DNA of 64,000 bases from Leucoraja erinacea. Taxonomy: Eukaryota. A program made the translations under genes and the position numbers. The stretch spans positions 15,066,001-15,130,000 of the forward strand of contig NC_073405.1 of NCBI RefSeq assembly GCF_028641065.1, given 5' to 3'. Shown here piece by piece: positions 23,828 to 36,046 of this stretch; the stretch's first letter is position 1, and each line of letters opens with the position of its first letter. A model generated the notes under the pieces. That model made no database searches. It was not told the DNA's origin and saw only the letters and a program-made list of their open reading frames with translations.

Positions 23828-24015
23828 TTTTGTGCTCCAGAAAGTGATAGACCAAACTGTTTCTGTACTTTGTGTAGTACAGGCACAAAGAACAATACAA
23901 TTTTCCTGATTTCTTCTCAACTGAAGCCAAGGCAAATTCTTCCTTTAAGCGAACATCACTTATTTTCATTCCCCATTTCTCCAAGACTTCCTTCAAAAAT
24001 ATTAATGTCAACCTT
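23828..24015 (-). pseudogene. Partial duplicate (pseudo-exon) of ZNF462-like exon 6
   Basis: Close copy of 921..1110 (EFALASVEKKSGKLYCSLCLYYTKYRNSLVYHFLEHK). Carries a 2-nt deletion frameshift, lacks the exon 5' end and acceptor, and retains the donor GT. Confidence 0.9.
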
Positions 24016-24917
24016 ATACCACAGGCAAAACATGTTTTCAATCATCTATCAAAAATCAAAGTCCAGGAGTTATTCAATGGGTCTTGCAGCATTTCTGGAA
24101 AACATGGATAGGCGATGTTTCGGGTTAGGGCCCTTCTTCAGACTTAAAATAGTGTGTGTATTTTCCCATATACTGAGCCTGGTTGGTCAGAACATCACTA
24201 TAGTAAGAGCTTTGTTCTATGTCCCAACCAAGCATTTATTGCACTAATTTTCAGATGTATTGTCTTTACCAAAGATTCACAGTATCTCCAGGAAGTCCTG
24301 TGGGTTACATATGGCTTTCCACCGTGACTCTTCGTATCATGTCTTGGATTCCCTACTTGCCCTTCACCTTGCATTCCACTCTGCTTCAAATATTGCTACA
24401 TGACACATTCTCTCTCTTCCCCCCCCACCTCCCTCCCTCACCGTTACTTCAGACTCTCCCAGGACAAAAAAATGGAGGATGTTGTGAAATGTTACAAGAA
24501 GTATAATTTCCATCTTTATATCCATGTATTTCAAATGTTGTTAGATCGTAAATATGGTACTTTTAGTTTTTGCACATTCATGGAAAATTACTGATAATTT
24601 AAACTTTGTTTAGCACAAAAACATTTGTTGCCATACAATGTCCTCCCATCTTCATTGCCTTGTATTACACACTTTAGCCCTTGAAACAGTCTCCACGTGT
24701 CTGCTTCTCAAATTCCTATTTTTCAAATGCTCTAAAAGCACTAATTGATTAGGAAATCTGGAGGTAATATGTTCATACAGTGGCTGCAAAAAAACAAAGA
24801 CAAAGTACCTGTAAACATTTTTGACTCCACTAACCTCAGGCAGCCCACGTCTCCGTCTTCTCGTCATTCTCAGTATGTGAACAAGTCAACATTCAGCTAT
24901 GTAGTTTATATTTAATC

Positions 24918-24942
24918 TTTATTATATTAAGTATTTTTTATT
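24918..24942 (-). terminator. Candidate polyadenylation signals of TMEM38A
   Basis: Two minus-strand AATAAA hexamers (24918-24923 and 24937-24942) about 1 kb past the stop codon. The AT-rich context makes this weak. Confidence 0.3.
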
Positions 24943-25980
24943 TGGAAGATCACAAGTATAATACAGTTCCTTACATTGTATTTTTGGCAACAACAAAATT
25001 CTTTCTACCTTTACCTGAAAATAATGAGTGTGTGTGTACCGTATGAGGACATTTTATTATAGCGTCAGAATGGATTTCTCTTAATGTTGGTACAATAACC
25101 TAATTTTGGAGTGTAAATTTGAAATTTCCTATGTGGCATTTCACATATCTGTGGTGTAGTTTTATCCTAGATCTCAGTAGACTAATGCTTAAAACATGCA
25201 CAAATCATTATTCAGTATTACCATTAGAAATGTTGAATTGTTTACTTCTAGCTGCTTGTTGCAGTCCCATTTTCTGTACCAACATCAATAGAATCGTTGA
25301 ACTGTTTCTCCCAGCTGCCTGTTACAGTTCCACTGTCTGTACCATTCAATTTCAATTGCTGTCTTTAACTCTTGTGAGTCTTGACAGGAACAATGCATCT
25401 ACTCTAATTATTAGAGGCTATACCGCTTCAGCACTTACTGGAATTAATCATTCTAATCATTTGTTTTTGCCTCTTCAGTCCAAAAGCTATTAGCCAACAA
25501 TACTGAAAAATAATCCATTTTGACATTGGCATTCAGTGATGAAACGAAACTCTCTCAGACCTGGCACAAATGTTAGTTGGATGCAAATAAGGCATTTATC
25601 TTTACAAAGTTCCGAGAATACAGCCCAGCAATTTTGGCGGACAATTCAGGATGCATCTTTCCATTTACTTCCCATTCTATATCCACATAGCCTTAAAGAG
25701 ACAATGACAAATTGCTATCTCCATTCTAGGTGGGATATGAGACTGGGAATCACATTCTTTTTCAGTACCAGGATAGACATTCCTGGGAAGGACAGGCTAA
25801 TTCACATTCATTCACATTTTTCTTTCCATTTAATGAGACAGACAAGCTCAAACGCAAACCCTAGTAGACTGTATGAGTACAATTATGTTGATTTTCCTCA
25901 TAATAACAGTTTCCGGATCACACTAAATCCCAGAAATTGCACTTTCAGCACTTTGATAACTGTCTTGGGAGTCATAGCAG

Positions 25981-26211
25981 TTATTCAGTCTTTTTGCACT
26001 TCTTCTTCCTTGTCCCTTCATTGAGTTCCTCCTTTGTCTTGGCGGTGTAGGGAGACAGATTGCAAGGGGAGCAGCTATGTGTATTGTCACGAGAATAGAC
26101 ACGGTCATGATCATCAGAGGTAACACAAGTATTCCTAAAGACGATGGGGCAGATAAAAGCTTCAATGGGAGCAAAAGGTGACCAATGGGAGTGTGTTGCT
26201 GTCATGAATAC
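25981..26211 (-). CDS. TMEM38A: TRIC-A last coding exon (231 nt including TAA)
   Basis: Encodes VFMTATHSHWSPFAPIEAFICPIVF...AKTKEELNEGTRKKKCKKTE*, ending in a KKxx-type ER motif. The six exons sum to 903 nt (300 aa plus stop). Confidence 0.95.
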   Translation of the reverse strand, partial: VFMTATHSHWSPFAPIEAFICPIVFRNTCVTSDDHDRVYSRDNTHSCSPCNLSPYTAKTKEELNEGTRKKKCKKTE

Positions 26212-26759
26212 CTGCAATGGGAGAATAATAAAACAGCAGCAGCAAATGAATTACATTTATTTTTAACATTGTCTATTTTGATCACCTTAATTCTTCTATC
26301 AATGCAAGTTAATTATTTAGTCAAAAAGACTCTATTTTATCAGCATTACAATCACAGAAACAAATGTAAACTGGGATTTGCACAAGGAGGAGGTAAGCGA
26401 GGATACAGATGCTCCATTAACTATCTAAAAAAATGTGACTCGCTGTATTGTAAACACACACACATTTTTACCATCGAAGCTAAGGAAAGTGATTGTGCCT
26501 CATTTATTCTGATTCATTTGAATTCTTGTGCATGAAACTGGTTGAAAAATCAACGTCATAGAATCACAGATATTTATGGCATAGAAGCAGACCACTTTCA
26601 TGCTGGGTTAAAAAAGATCTAATTAAAATTGCCATTTCGCAAACTACAGGGCTATAAACTACAGTACACCAGGAGCTCATCCATGTACATTGCAAATCCA
26701 AGTTGCAGCTTTATGAACCATTTTGGAGTTATATGTACACTTCCACTTACCCCATTACA

Positions 26760-27215
26760 GGAATGGTGTGAATACTTTGGAAAGTTCAGAAAAGGTTTAT
26801 CAGATGGTTGCCTATCTATTCAAGGTATTAGCTAAAAGGAGAAGTTGGACAAACTTGGATAGTTTTCTCTAGAGCATTGGAGACTAACGGGAGACGTCAA
26901 AATAGAACCTTATAAATTTGAGAGGCATGCATAGGGGTAGACAGTCAGAAGCTTTATCCCGGGATGGAAATGCCAAATACTAGAGGGCATAACTTTAAGA
27001 TCAGAGGGTAAAATTTAAAGGCAATGTGCTGGGCAGGTTTTTTTTACAGAGAAAGTGGAGGGTGCCTGGAATGCGCTGCCACTGGTGGTGGTGGAAGCAG
27101 GTACGGTAGGCACACAAATATCCAGGGAATGGGGAGAGGTAGAGGAGATTTGTTTAATTTGGTAACATGTTTGACAGAGACATTGTGGGATGAAGGGCTT
27201 GTTCCTATGTTATAT
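26760..27215 (+). mobile_element. CR1-type LINE 3' fragment
   Basis: Degenerate CR1 ORF2 end and 3' UTR similar to 2630-3180 and 8865-9215. Confidence 0.75.
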
Positions 27216-27739
27216 TTTATATTTGATATTTTCCATGGAATTAAAGTTTCTGACTCCGCCACTCTTCCAAGCAAAAAGGTTTAATTGTTCTATGAATTAA
27301 TTTAAATCTATGTCTCCTCATGGTCAAAGACATCATTGCTGATGCAAATAGGGCATGATGTAAATAGGTCTGCCCTTTCACCATATTCAGGCTGCTCTTA
27401 AATTTTATACAACCTCAGCCTCTAAAGCACAACCTAGCCAATCCCTCCTTATACCTAAAAAGTCCAGCTGTTGTGACATTAGTGATAATTTCATATTGAT
27501 AGTGCTATCATATCCTTCCCAGTGATTAGACCTGTGGCATAAACAGAATAGTTCTAACACCTATTATTTTCAACTCTTAGGCCAAAAAGGTAAAGATGCA
27601 ATGAACTTTAACCGTACTATTCTTCCCATTATGTTACCTTCAGCTACCTAGTGTTGTAGATCCAGGAACTTGCTCTTTACCATTCAAGTCTTTGTTGACC
27701 ATCAAACACCCATTTAAACATCCTATGCCACAAAAGCTA

Positions 27740-29735
27740 TCTTGGACATATTTAATAAATTCCATCCGTTCAAGTCCTTTACACTATGGGAAACCGTCAA
27801 TGTTAGGGAAGCTAAAATCTCCCATTAATGCTGCCCTTAATTTTTACAGCTATCTGCAATCTCTGTATACATTGGTTCCTCTAATTCCTAGTTGACAATT
27901 GTGGGGCCTATAATACAGTCCCATCAAGATGTTTTTTTCCTCTTCTGAGTTCCATCCGTGTAGCCTCACTGGACGATCGCCCAAGAATATCCTCTATAAG
28001 CAATGTAGTTATGTCCTCCTGATCAAAAAGGCAATCCCCCCTCCTCTCTTACCTGCATCTTTATACCTGTAACATCTATACCCTGGAACATTGAGCCACC
28101 TGTCCTGTCCTTCCCTCAGCCATTTTTCTGTAATATCTCAGCCCCCGAGCCAATCCACACTCTGAGCTCATTCACCTTACCCATTATTAAGCCTATACAA
28201 TTAAATAAATGCAGTTTTAACCACTGGTCTTTTCTCTCTGCCTAACCTGCCTCCAAATCTTGCTCTATTTGACTATAGTATTTGCTCCCAACTTTCGCAT
28301 CTGGGACTCTCTGCACCTACCATTCTAGTTTAGAATTTCCAAAATCGCACAGAAAACCTTCCAGGATATGGGTCCCCCTTCAGTTTCGGTGAAACTGGTT
28401 TCCTACAAATGATTGCTTATTCCTTTGACATGTTTGCCTTTCTCAAGTGCATAGTTCACCCTTCTCCAGAATAAATACCATTTCCCACTTTTCTGCGATC
28501 TTCATCAGTCCTTAGATAATTTCTTGCAGTCTAAAGCTTTCTTTGCCAATGAGACAAATTTTATTTGCCGAAATATTCAGTAATGACACCTGCTTTTAAA
28601 TGTATAAATACAAAGAACCAATCACAGGATCCGACAAACAGCTTTCTTGTCAACAAAACTCTCTCACAACCAGTGCTTCCTGTCACTATAAATTTGATCT
28701 TGCAGCCTTTCTTAAATTAAAATAAACATTAGCCACCCACCAGCCTTTCTGTACCTCAACCCTGGCTAACGATGCAAAAATCTCCATCTAGGCCTCAGAT
28801 TCCCTGGATTCCTATAATGTCCTGAGATGCACTTGATCAGCCGCTGAGGATTTATCCACCTTGACGATCACCAGCACCTCCTTCTTTGTATTGTGGATAG
28901 ATATTAAAATATCACTGAATTTGTTACATTCTGTGAAATTCTCCATGGTAAATGCAGTTGTGAAATATTCACAACATCTCGTTCATCTTCAGTGTCTCCA
29001 CACATGACAACCACATTGATTGCTAAGGAGCTCTAGTCTCTCCCTGGTTTCCCTTTTGCTCTTAATATATTTGCAGGATCTCCTAAGATTCTCATTTACC
29101 ATTTCTACCAGTCATCTCGTAACCTCTTTTTGCCCTGCTGATTTTTCCTCTTACCCTTATACTCTTCAAGGGATTTGCTTGATCTTAGCTGCCTATACTT
29201 GGCACATTCCTCCTTTTTCCTGACCAGTCTCAAAATCACTTTTCAGCTATAGTTTCATTTGCATCAGCAGTGATGTTCTTAACTAAGGGGAGACATAGAT
29301 TTAAATTAATTGATAGAAGGATTATTTAAGGGATTTTGTTCTGCCAGCCTTGCCCTTACTCTAATACAACACACTAGTCCTGAATTCTCCTTGTTTTATT
29401 TTTAAAAATGTCTCACCATTTGCCCTCAACAAATTCTTGCAATCATTGTTGCAAGTTCCTGTATAATATAATCAGAATTAGCCTCACTTCAGTTTAGGAC
29501 TTTAACTTGTGAACCAGTCCTGTCTTTTATCATAACCATTTTAAAACATAGAATTATAATCACTGATCTCAAATTCTTCCCCCACTGCCACTTCAGTCAC
29601 TTACCCAACCTCATTTCCCAATAGAAAGTCCAGCATTATCCCCTCTCTAACAGGGCCATCCACAGATTGCTTGAAGAAACGTTCCTAGATACACTTGATA
29701 AATTCCACTGCATCCAAGCCCTTAGCATTATGGCG
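27740..29735 (-). mobile_element. Old fragmented CR1-type LINE (endonuclease/linker region)
   Basis: Minus-strand remnants resembling CR1 ORF2 endonuclease motifs (GLYYRP, GDFSFPNI, SDYNSM). No intact frame. Confidence 0.5.
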
Positions 29736-29987
29736 GACCAAAAGGGATTACATAGGAAGCAGAATATGTAACTATGTTTCTTGAGGCAAAGAAGTCAAAG
29801 AGAGGAAGAAACGTTGAATAACAATCAAGGTTGCTTCCACATCTTTGTTGAAGATCCGTAAGTTGAAATGCTACTGGGCATTCGCTCAGAGGTAAAAGTG
29901 ATTACCAACAACTGTTCAAGACCAAGCCTAGAATATCACAATCCTGAAACATAGCTTTATGTTTTGCAATTGAAAAAAGTAATTTAC

Positions 29988-30105
29988 CTTAGTAACAATC
30001 ATGAATATAGTAAACAGGAAGACAACGTTGTTTTTGGATATGGGCAGCCAACGGGCTTGCTGTAGGGTGAAGATAACAGCTCCAAGAAGACTAGCTTTTG
30101 TCGGG
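29988..30105 (-). CDS. TMEM38A: TRIC-A exon 5 (118 nt)
   Basis: Encodes PTKASLLGAVIFTLQQARWLPISKNNVVFLFTIFMIVTK. Canonical splice sites, phase 2 to 0. Confidence 0.95.
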
Positions 30106-30537
30106 CTGTTCAAGGACAAAATAAAATTGTGGTTAGTTTTGTTGTCAATCGTACATCCCCCATTGTAATTTTCCTGATTCCATATGTGATGATATCGGCT
30201 TATCAGATATGTTCTCCACAACTTTTCCATTCTCTTAAGAATGACATCTGATTTCTGCTTAGTGGCTGCTCCCATAACCACAGCTGAGGTTTAGAGAACA
30301 GGATTAAACCTGCACTATGATGATCAAAGATTTAATCATGAACGTGTCGGAAACATTAAGCATGTCGGGAGTAGCAGGGCCAATTCTATCTTGAGTGGGA
30401 CCAGAAACAGGTAATTACAAATTGGCAGCTAGTTTTCCTTTCCAAAACTGGGCAGGTCGTAACATGGGCGATCAGCTGGCGATTGACCATTTACTTTGGA
30501 TAAATTTCATCCTCTGGACATTGTCATTGACACTTAC

Positions 30538-30625
30538 AAGGACATGTTGAGAAACTCATTTGTTTCAGGTTTCCAGACACCACGAATCAGCTGCTCAAAG
30601 TTGGAGATCAGGGCAACTCCAGCAC
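30538..30625 (-). CDS. TMEM38A: TRIC-A exon 4 (88 nt)
   Basis: Encodes [30 protein letters not shown]. Bounded by CCCCACAG| and |GTAAGT. Confidence 0.95.
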
Positions 30626-30942
30626 CTGTGGGGAACAAAATAATAATGACCACCATTAGTTAATCATCCAGATAATTCTGTTTTAATTTTGTATTGACTG
30701 TATAATTGGATTTTTAATTTTTATGAATTGTGATTTCTTCAAGTCTCATTTTTTTTTCATACAAAGATCAGTCCCAATGCACCCATCCAGAGAGTAAAAT
30801 ATAGCTTGAGAAGAACACAACTGGAAGGCAGTCACAAACTCTTGTGAAATTTACAATTATATAGGTGAAGCTATAATTAATATTCAATGCTGCCATGCCT
30901 AGCTTAACATCCTAAAAAATAGAGAGATAACAAGTTACTTAC

Positions 30943-31127
30943 CTTTAGCCCATCCAACCAAAGCCATAATGATCCATCCATGGTGATAGGCATGGTGAGC
31001 ATGAATAACGCCCACACTAATTTTGCGTACTCGCACCACCTCCTTCATAGCAGTGAGGGCCAACTTCACAGGCATGAAGGTCACACATTTGTAGAAAAGG
31101 TTCAATGGGCAGTAAAAGATGAGATAC
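30943..31127 (-). CDS. TMEM38A: TRIC-A exon 3 (185 nt)
   Basis: Encodes [61 protein letters not shown], including the conserved KEVxRxxK motif. Canonical AG/GT boundaries. Confidence 0.95.
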
Positions 31128-31359
31128 CTAAGTTAAAAGCATTGGTTCAGTTTGTGATAAATATTCCTGATTTCAATATTCAAAACTTAAACACACTGAA
31201 TAAGTACATGTAACACCAACATAATCAAATGTGTGTTGTTAAATGTGATTTAATTTCCCACACGGCCCCATGAACAGAGGTCATGTTCATGCCTTTGACC
31301 GAGGGATCCCAAACAGATGAATCTTTAAATAGATGACAAAAATCAAATGTGAGGACATT

Positions 31360-32045
31360 TTAATTCAAAGGGACTTGGAAGTGCTGGTGTAGGATTCCCA
31401 AAAGGTTAATTTACATGTTGAGTCAGTAGTAAGGAAGACAAATGCAATATTAGCATACATTTCGAGAGGACTAGGATATACAAGCAGGAATATAATACTG
31501 AGGCTTTCTAAAGCACTGGTCAGACCACATTTGGAGTATTGGGAGCAGTTTTGGACCCCATATCTTGTAGGAGGAGGTCCAGAGGAGGTTTACAAGACTG
31601 ATCCCAGAGCTGATTGGGTTAATTAATGAAGAGCGTTTGACGTCTCTGGGCCTGTACCCGCTGGAGTTTAAAAGGATGAGGAAGGACCTCATTGAAACTT
31701 ACAGAATAGCGAAAGGTCTGGATAGAGTAGATGTGGCGAGGATGTTTTGCACTGGTGGGAGAGCCTAGGACCATTGGGAACTGCCTCAGAATAAAAGGAG
31801 ATGAAGAAGAATTTCTTTAGTCAGAGAGTGGTGAATCTGTGGAATTCATTGTTACAAACAGCTGTGGAGGCCGAGTCATTGGGTATTTTTAAAGTAGAGA
31901 TTGACAGCTTCTTGATTAGGAAGGGTGTCAAAAGGTTAAGGAGAGAAGGCAGGAGATTGGGGTTGAGGGAAAGATAGAACAGCCATGATGGAATGGAGTA
32001 GTAGACTCAATGGGCTGAATGGCCTAATTCTGCTCCTCTGACTTT
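31360..32045 (+). mobile_element. CR1-type LINE 3' fragment
   Basis: LVRPHLEY..QFW.P coding remnant and 3' end GGGCTGAATGGCCTAATTCTGCTCCT. Confidence 0.88.
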
Positions 32046-32289
32046 TCATTCAGATTGGAATTCATATCTGAATAAAAGGCTGCATTGGATGAGAACTTTC
32101 ACTCTATTGTCCTATCTGGGACATATGACAATAAACCATTCTTGACTCTTGAATTAGTCCAAAATAAATATGGTGTGTAGGGAAAGAGGAATCCAAAAAG
32201 TAATCAAAATGTTTTTGGTTTTTTTCCTTGGCCTTCAGCCATATATAACAAGGTTGTGGGTGGAAATATATTTCAGAGGTTATCAGAAA

Positions 32290-32580
32290 ATCCAAACTGA
32301 TGCTCTGGTGTAATGCTGCAGGAGTGCTAACTTTGTCAATAATGCAATGATGAGATTTAAACAGCCTCATTAACTCACTCAAGTGCCTGACAAAGATCTT
32401 ATGGCATTATTTCAAAAATGAAGGGCATTCTTGCTACTGCCCAGCCTATCCTGTATTCAACAATGACAATAAGCCATCATTGTTTTGTTGTGACCATGCT
32501 GGTCACAAATATGTATTTCATTAGATGTAAAATGCTTCAAAACATTCTGGAGTTGTAAAGAAATGACATAAATACAACAT
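32290..32580 (+). mobile_element. Degenerate Deu-domain SINE (SacSINE1-like)
   Basis: Similar to the copy at 47960-48300 (GAGTGCT...AAAGATCTTATGGCATTATTT). Confidence 0.5.
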
Positions 32581-32629
32581 TTTTTTCCAAATATGGACAA
32601 CAAGTGCACAATATATCAGCCTTTTCATT

Positions 32630-32945
32630 GAATCATACAGCACAGAAACAAGCTTTTGATTTATCAAATCCATGCCAAACATAAAGTGCCCTTTGCATGA
32701 ATCACATTTTATTTTCCCCTCAATTCCCCCCAGACTCGACCACTCACCCCCAGACTCGACCACTCACCTGCATGCTCCAAGTATTGTACAGTGGACATTT
32801 GTCTGCCTGCATAGACATCTTTGTGGGAAAAATTCAGACCACCTGAGGAAATCCATATAATCACAGGGAGAACGTGCAAGCTCCACACAGACAGCACAAG
32901 CGTTCTGGATTGAACCCTACTCGCTGGAGATGTGCCACAGCTGAA
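32630..32945 (-). mobile_element. tRNA-derived V-SINE (HE1-like)
   Basis: Reverse V-domain motif CACAGGGAGAACGTGCAAGCTCCACACAGACAGCAC followed by the B-box-like GATTGAACCC. A second, older copy lies at about 34370-34560. Confidence 0.7.
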
Positions 32946-34881
32946 ATTATCTTGAATGGCTTTTTCACATTTCTCTGATTATTCGTGGCGTTTGAAGTTT
33001 ATCTTCTTTCAATGGTACTTTTAATTTTCCATGAAATTAGGTGAGTTACCATGTGCAAAAATTGGCACACAAGAATTTCATTTTGTATTATAATCCACTT
33101 TTGTACAAATTTACATAGTTTGGAAATTAAATATTGTGCAAGATGCAAGTAATACAATGAAAACTTTATTTGAATGAATTATACGGTTCATCTTTACAAA
33201 TTTTCTGTACAGTTTTCCTCCTTAGAACAGAAAACGTTAAAGGGAGACACAAAAAGGTAACTAACCAGGAGATACATTTAAGATAATAGAAATAAGAACC
33301 AAAGAAATATAGGGATTATGGAGAGATTTTTGTTTCGAACATCTGGAATGTATTCACTGAAAGAATGGTTGGAGAGATTCAGTTGCAACTTTCACAATAA
33401 AATTAGAAAGGTTGTGGAATTATAGGGAAAGAGTAGGTAGCTCTTACAACTGTGATTGGATAGTAACTGGGTACAGGGAACATTGACCAAGATATTCTCT
33501 GTTGAAAAATTTGATGGATAAAAAGTATCTGAAGTACAATAGTTGCAGTGGGAAGGAGTCAATTGTTGGTCACTTTCATGATTGGGTATGTATTTTATGG
33601 TACCATCTGGTGTTAATGAGCACGCAGAAATCAACAAGATCTGGACTACAATCTGTAGTTAGATAGGGCTCTTAAAGATAGCGGAGTCAGGGGATATGGG
33701 CAGAAGGCAGGAACGGGGTACTGATTGGGGATGATCAGCCAAAGGCCAAATCACCTACTCCTGCACCTATTGTCTATTGTCTACAATCTCTAGCCTTAAC
33801 CAATTTAACAATTGAGTATTTAGTTTCAGCACCTTCAGTTTTTGCGGAAATATTAGCCATACATATGGTATGTCCTTGTCCTTGCCCTGTCCTATATCAC
33901 ACAAGAGTGCGACCAGGGAGAAAGGGTCATAACAGTAGTACTCTCTTGTGAACTAATATACAATCTGTATACTTTGTAAATGGACTTCTTCAATCGCTGT
34001 TAAGGCAGGACAAAGACGTACTTGGTGATTTAAAGCTTCATAGTTAACTTGCTTTATTAGATGACGAGTGAATATAAAAATTAAGAATTTAAATCATATT
34101 TATTTAATTATTTTGGTGCAGCTTGTGATAGAAGACCAAAGAGCAATCAAAATTTCCCGACATTACATGCAATCATAGATATTCTGAGCAAAGCAAGAAT
34201 TCATGCAACACGCTAAGCCAATGTAAGCTCTGAGTTTCTTCTCACCTTAGTTCATTGTACTCAATTAACATTTTATTCCTTCCTTCTTCATCTTTCATAT
34301 TATGCGGCCCATTATGTCTATCATTTCATTCCAATTCCCTTGCCTATTCTCTCTCTCACTCTCCTAATTTGACATACTATGTATACTGAGAGTAATTTAC
34401 AATAACCAATTAACCATCACACCCTTGGGATGTGGGAGTAAATGGCACCAGCGAGCACCCAAGTGGTCACAGAGATAAACTGCCTACTCCACACAGACAG
34501 TAATGCAAGTAACATTTAGCTCAGCGAGCTGAACCCGAGGCAGCAGGTCTCTTTGCCGTCCTTAATTCCCATTTTATTTTCCTTCTTTCCCTTTTCATCT
34601 TGTTTGATTCCAGTTATGTATTAATCTGACAGTCTTTGGCTGAGTATGCCATCAGATATGTAGCCTAGAATCATCTCTTTCTTTGCCTAAATGTTTGTTT
34701 TATCTTTTGCTGTTCAACTGCCGAGTAACCACAATCACTAACTTTCCAACAGAACGGGTGAGTTGTTGATGATTTACCAATACAAGCTAACAGGTTTTTA
34801 TTACAGTAGATACTTTAATCATAAACATATGTAAATATACTATGCTTTAAAATGGCAATGCCTAGGTAACTATCTCCAGTC

Positions 34882-35859
34882 AATAAGCGAGTTCGGTATT
34901 CTGAAAAACGCGAAGAATCATGGGATTTGTCATTCACCATAAAGAAAAAGCGAACAAAACGCTGGTTGTATAAACTTTATATATTCTTATCTTTATTCAT
35001 GATTTACGTGTGAAAATATATTGAATCAGAGGAACAGGTGTGCCAGGTAGCGGGAGAGCAGGGTGTACCAGCGAGATAGAGGGGGCAGATGCGAGTGGGA
35101 GACAGGTGGGGGGGGGAAGGAGACTGGACCGGCGGAGAGACATTCTCGGCAGCTGCACGCACACATCCGCGCCTCATCGCAGCCAGGATCGAACCTGGGT
35201 TCCCGGCGGCGCAAGCGCTGCCGAACCGCCACTGGACCGTCCCACAGGCCCACAGCCAGCGTGGAGAAGAAGCACCAACCCCAGCTCAACTCTGCCTGCC
35301 CCGCCGGGGCAACTGACAGCCCCGGACCGACAGGACAGCGGCCCGGAGCAGTGGCGGCACACAGTCCGATGACCGGCGCTCGGCCCACGCCGGCACCGAT
35401 TGGGCCAACCGTCAGCCATTGCACAAGGAGAGAGGCGCAGCCGATGGCCCCAGGTCCCCCCCGGGAGCTGGAGTCAATGTCTTTTCTCTCCGCGCCGGCT
35501 GCAAGCCCGGCCCGATACCTCCAGCCGCCTCCGGACAAGGACGGGACACCCGGGAGGGGACAGGGACGGCCCATCTGCAACTCAGCAGCGCCGGAGACCT
35601 GGGCCCGACCAAGGACCCCGACCTCGCTCACTCACCGTAGCATAAAGCAATAAAATCGACAAAATAATCTTAGCTTTTAACAAAGGAACATTAAATACAA
35701 CTAATTCATAGTTTGAAAGCAATATTTTCTTACCTAGAAGAATCAAAGCTGGAAAAAACGGATGAAATGTGTCCACAGCTCCACTGCTTATACAGCAATG
35801 TTTATGCAGGGTGACCTTTGACCTGGGAATACGCAGTCGGAATACCGAACTCGCTTATT
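34882..35859. mobile_element. Non-autonomous DNA transposon with perfect 20-bp inverted ends and GC-rich core
   Basis: AATAAGCGAGTTCGGTATTC (34882-34901) and GAATACCGAACTCGCTTATT (35840-35859). Confidence 0.85.
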
Positions 35860-36046
35860 ATGCAAAACTTGTAATATGGTATCATCAGCATATTGTGTAG
35901 GTCAATGAGTTGTTTCTATAAGATTGCACTACTAACCATGGATACATTTCTTGACCCCATTTTTTTCTCAAATCCTTTCAGTAGAGTATTAGGACAAGGA
36001 TCCTGAAATATGATTGGAATTAATAAAATATGCACAAAATATAATA

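Noticed and set aside
25119-26024. Plus-strand ORFs of 124 and 162 aa
   Set aside because: Antisense to the TMEM38A last exon and 3' UTR, with non-ATG starts and no motifs.
35026-35776. Cluster of overlapping 65-201 aa ORFs on both strands
   Set aside because: A by-product of high GC content inside a TIR-bounded element. Low-complexity P/G/A/R translations with no domain.
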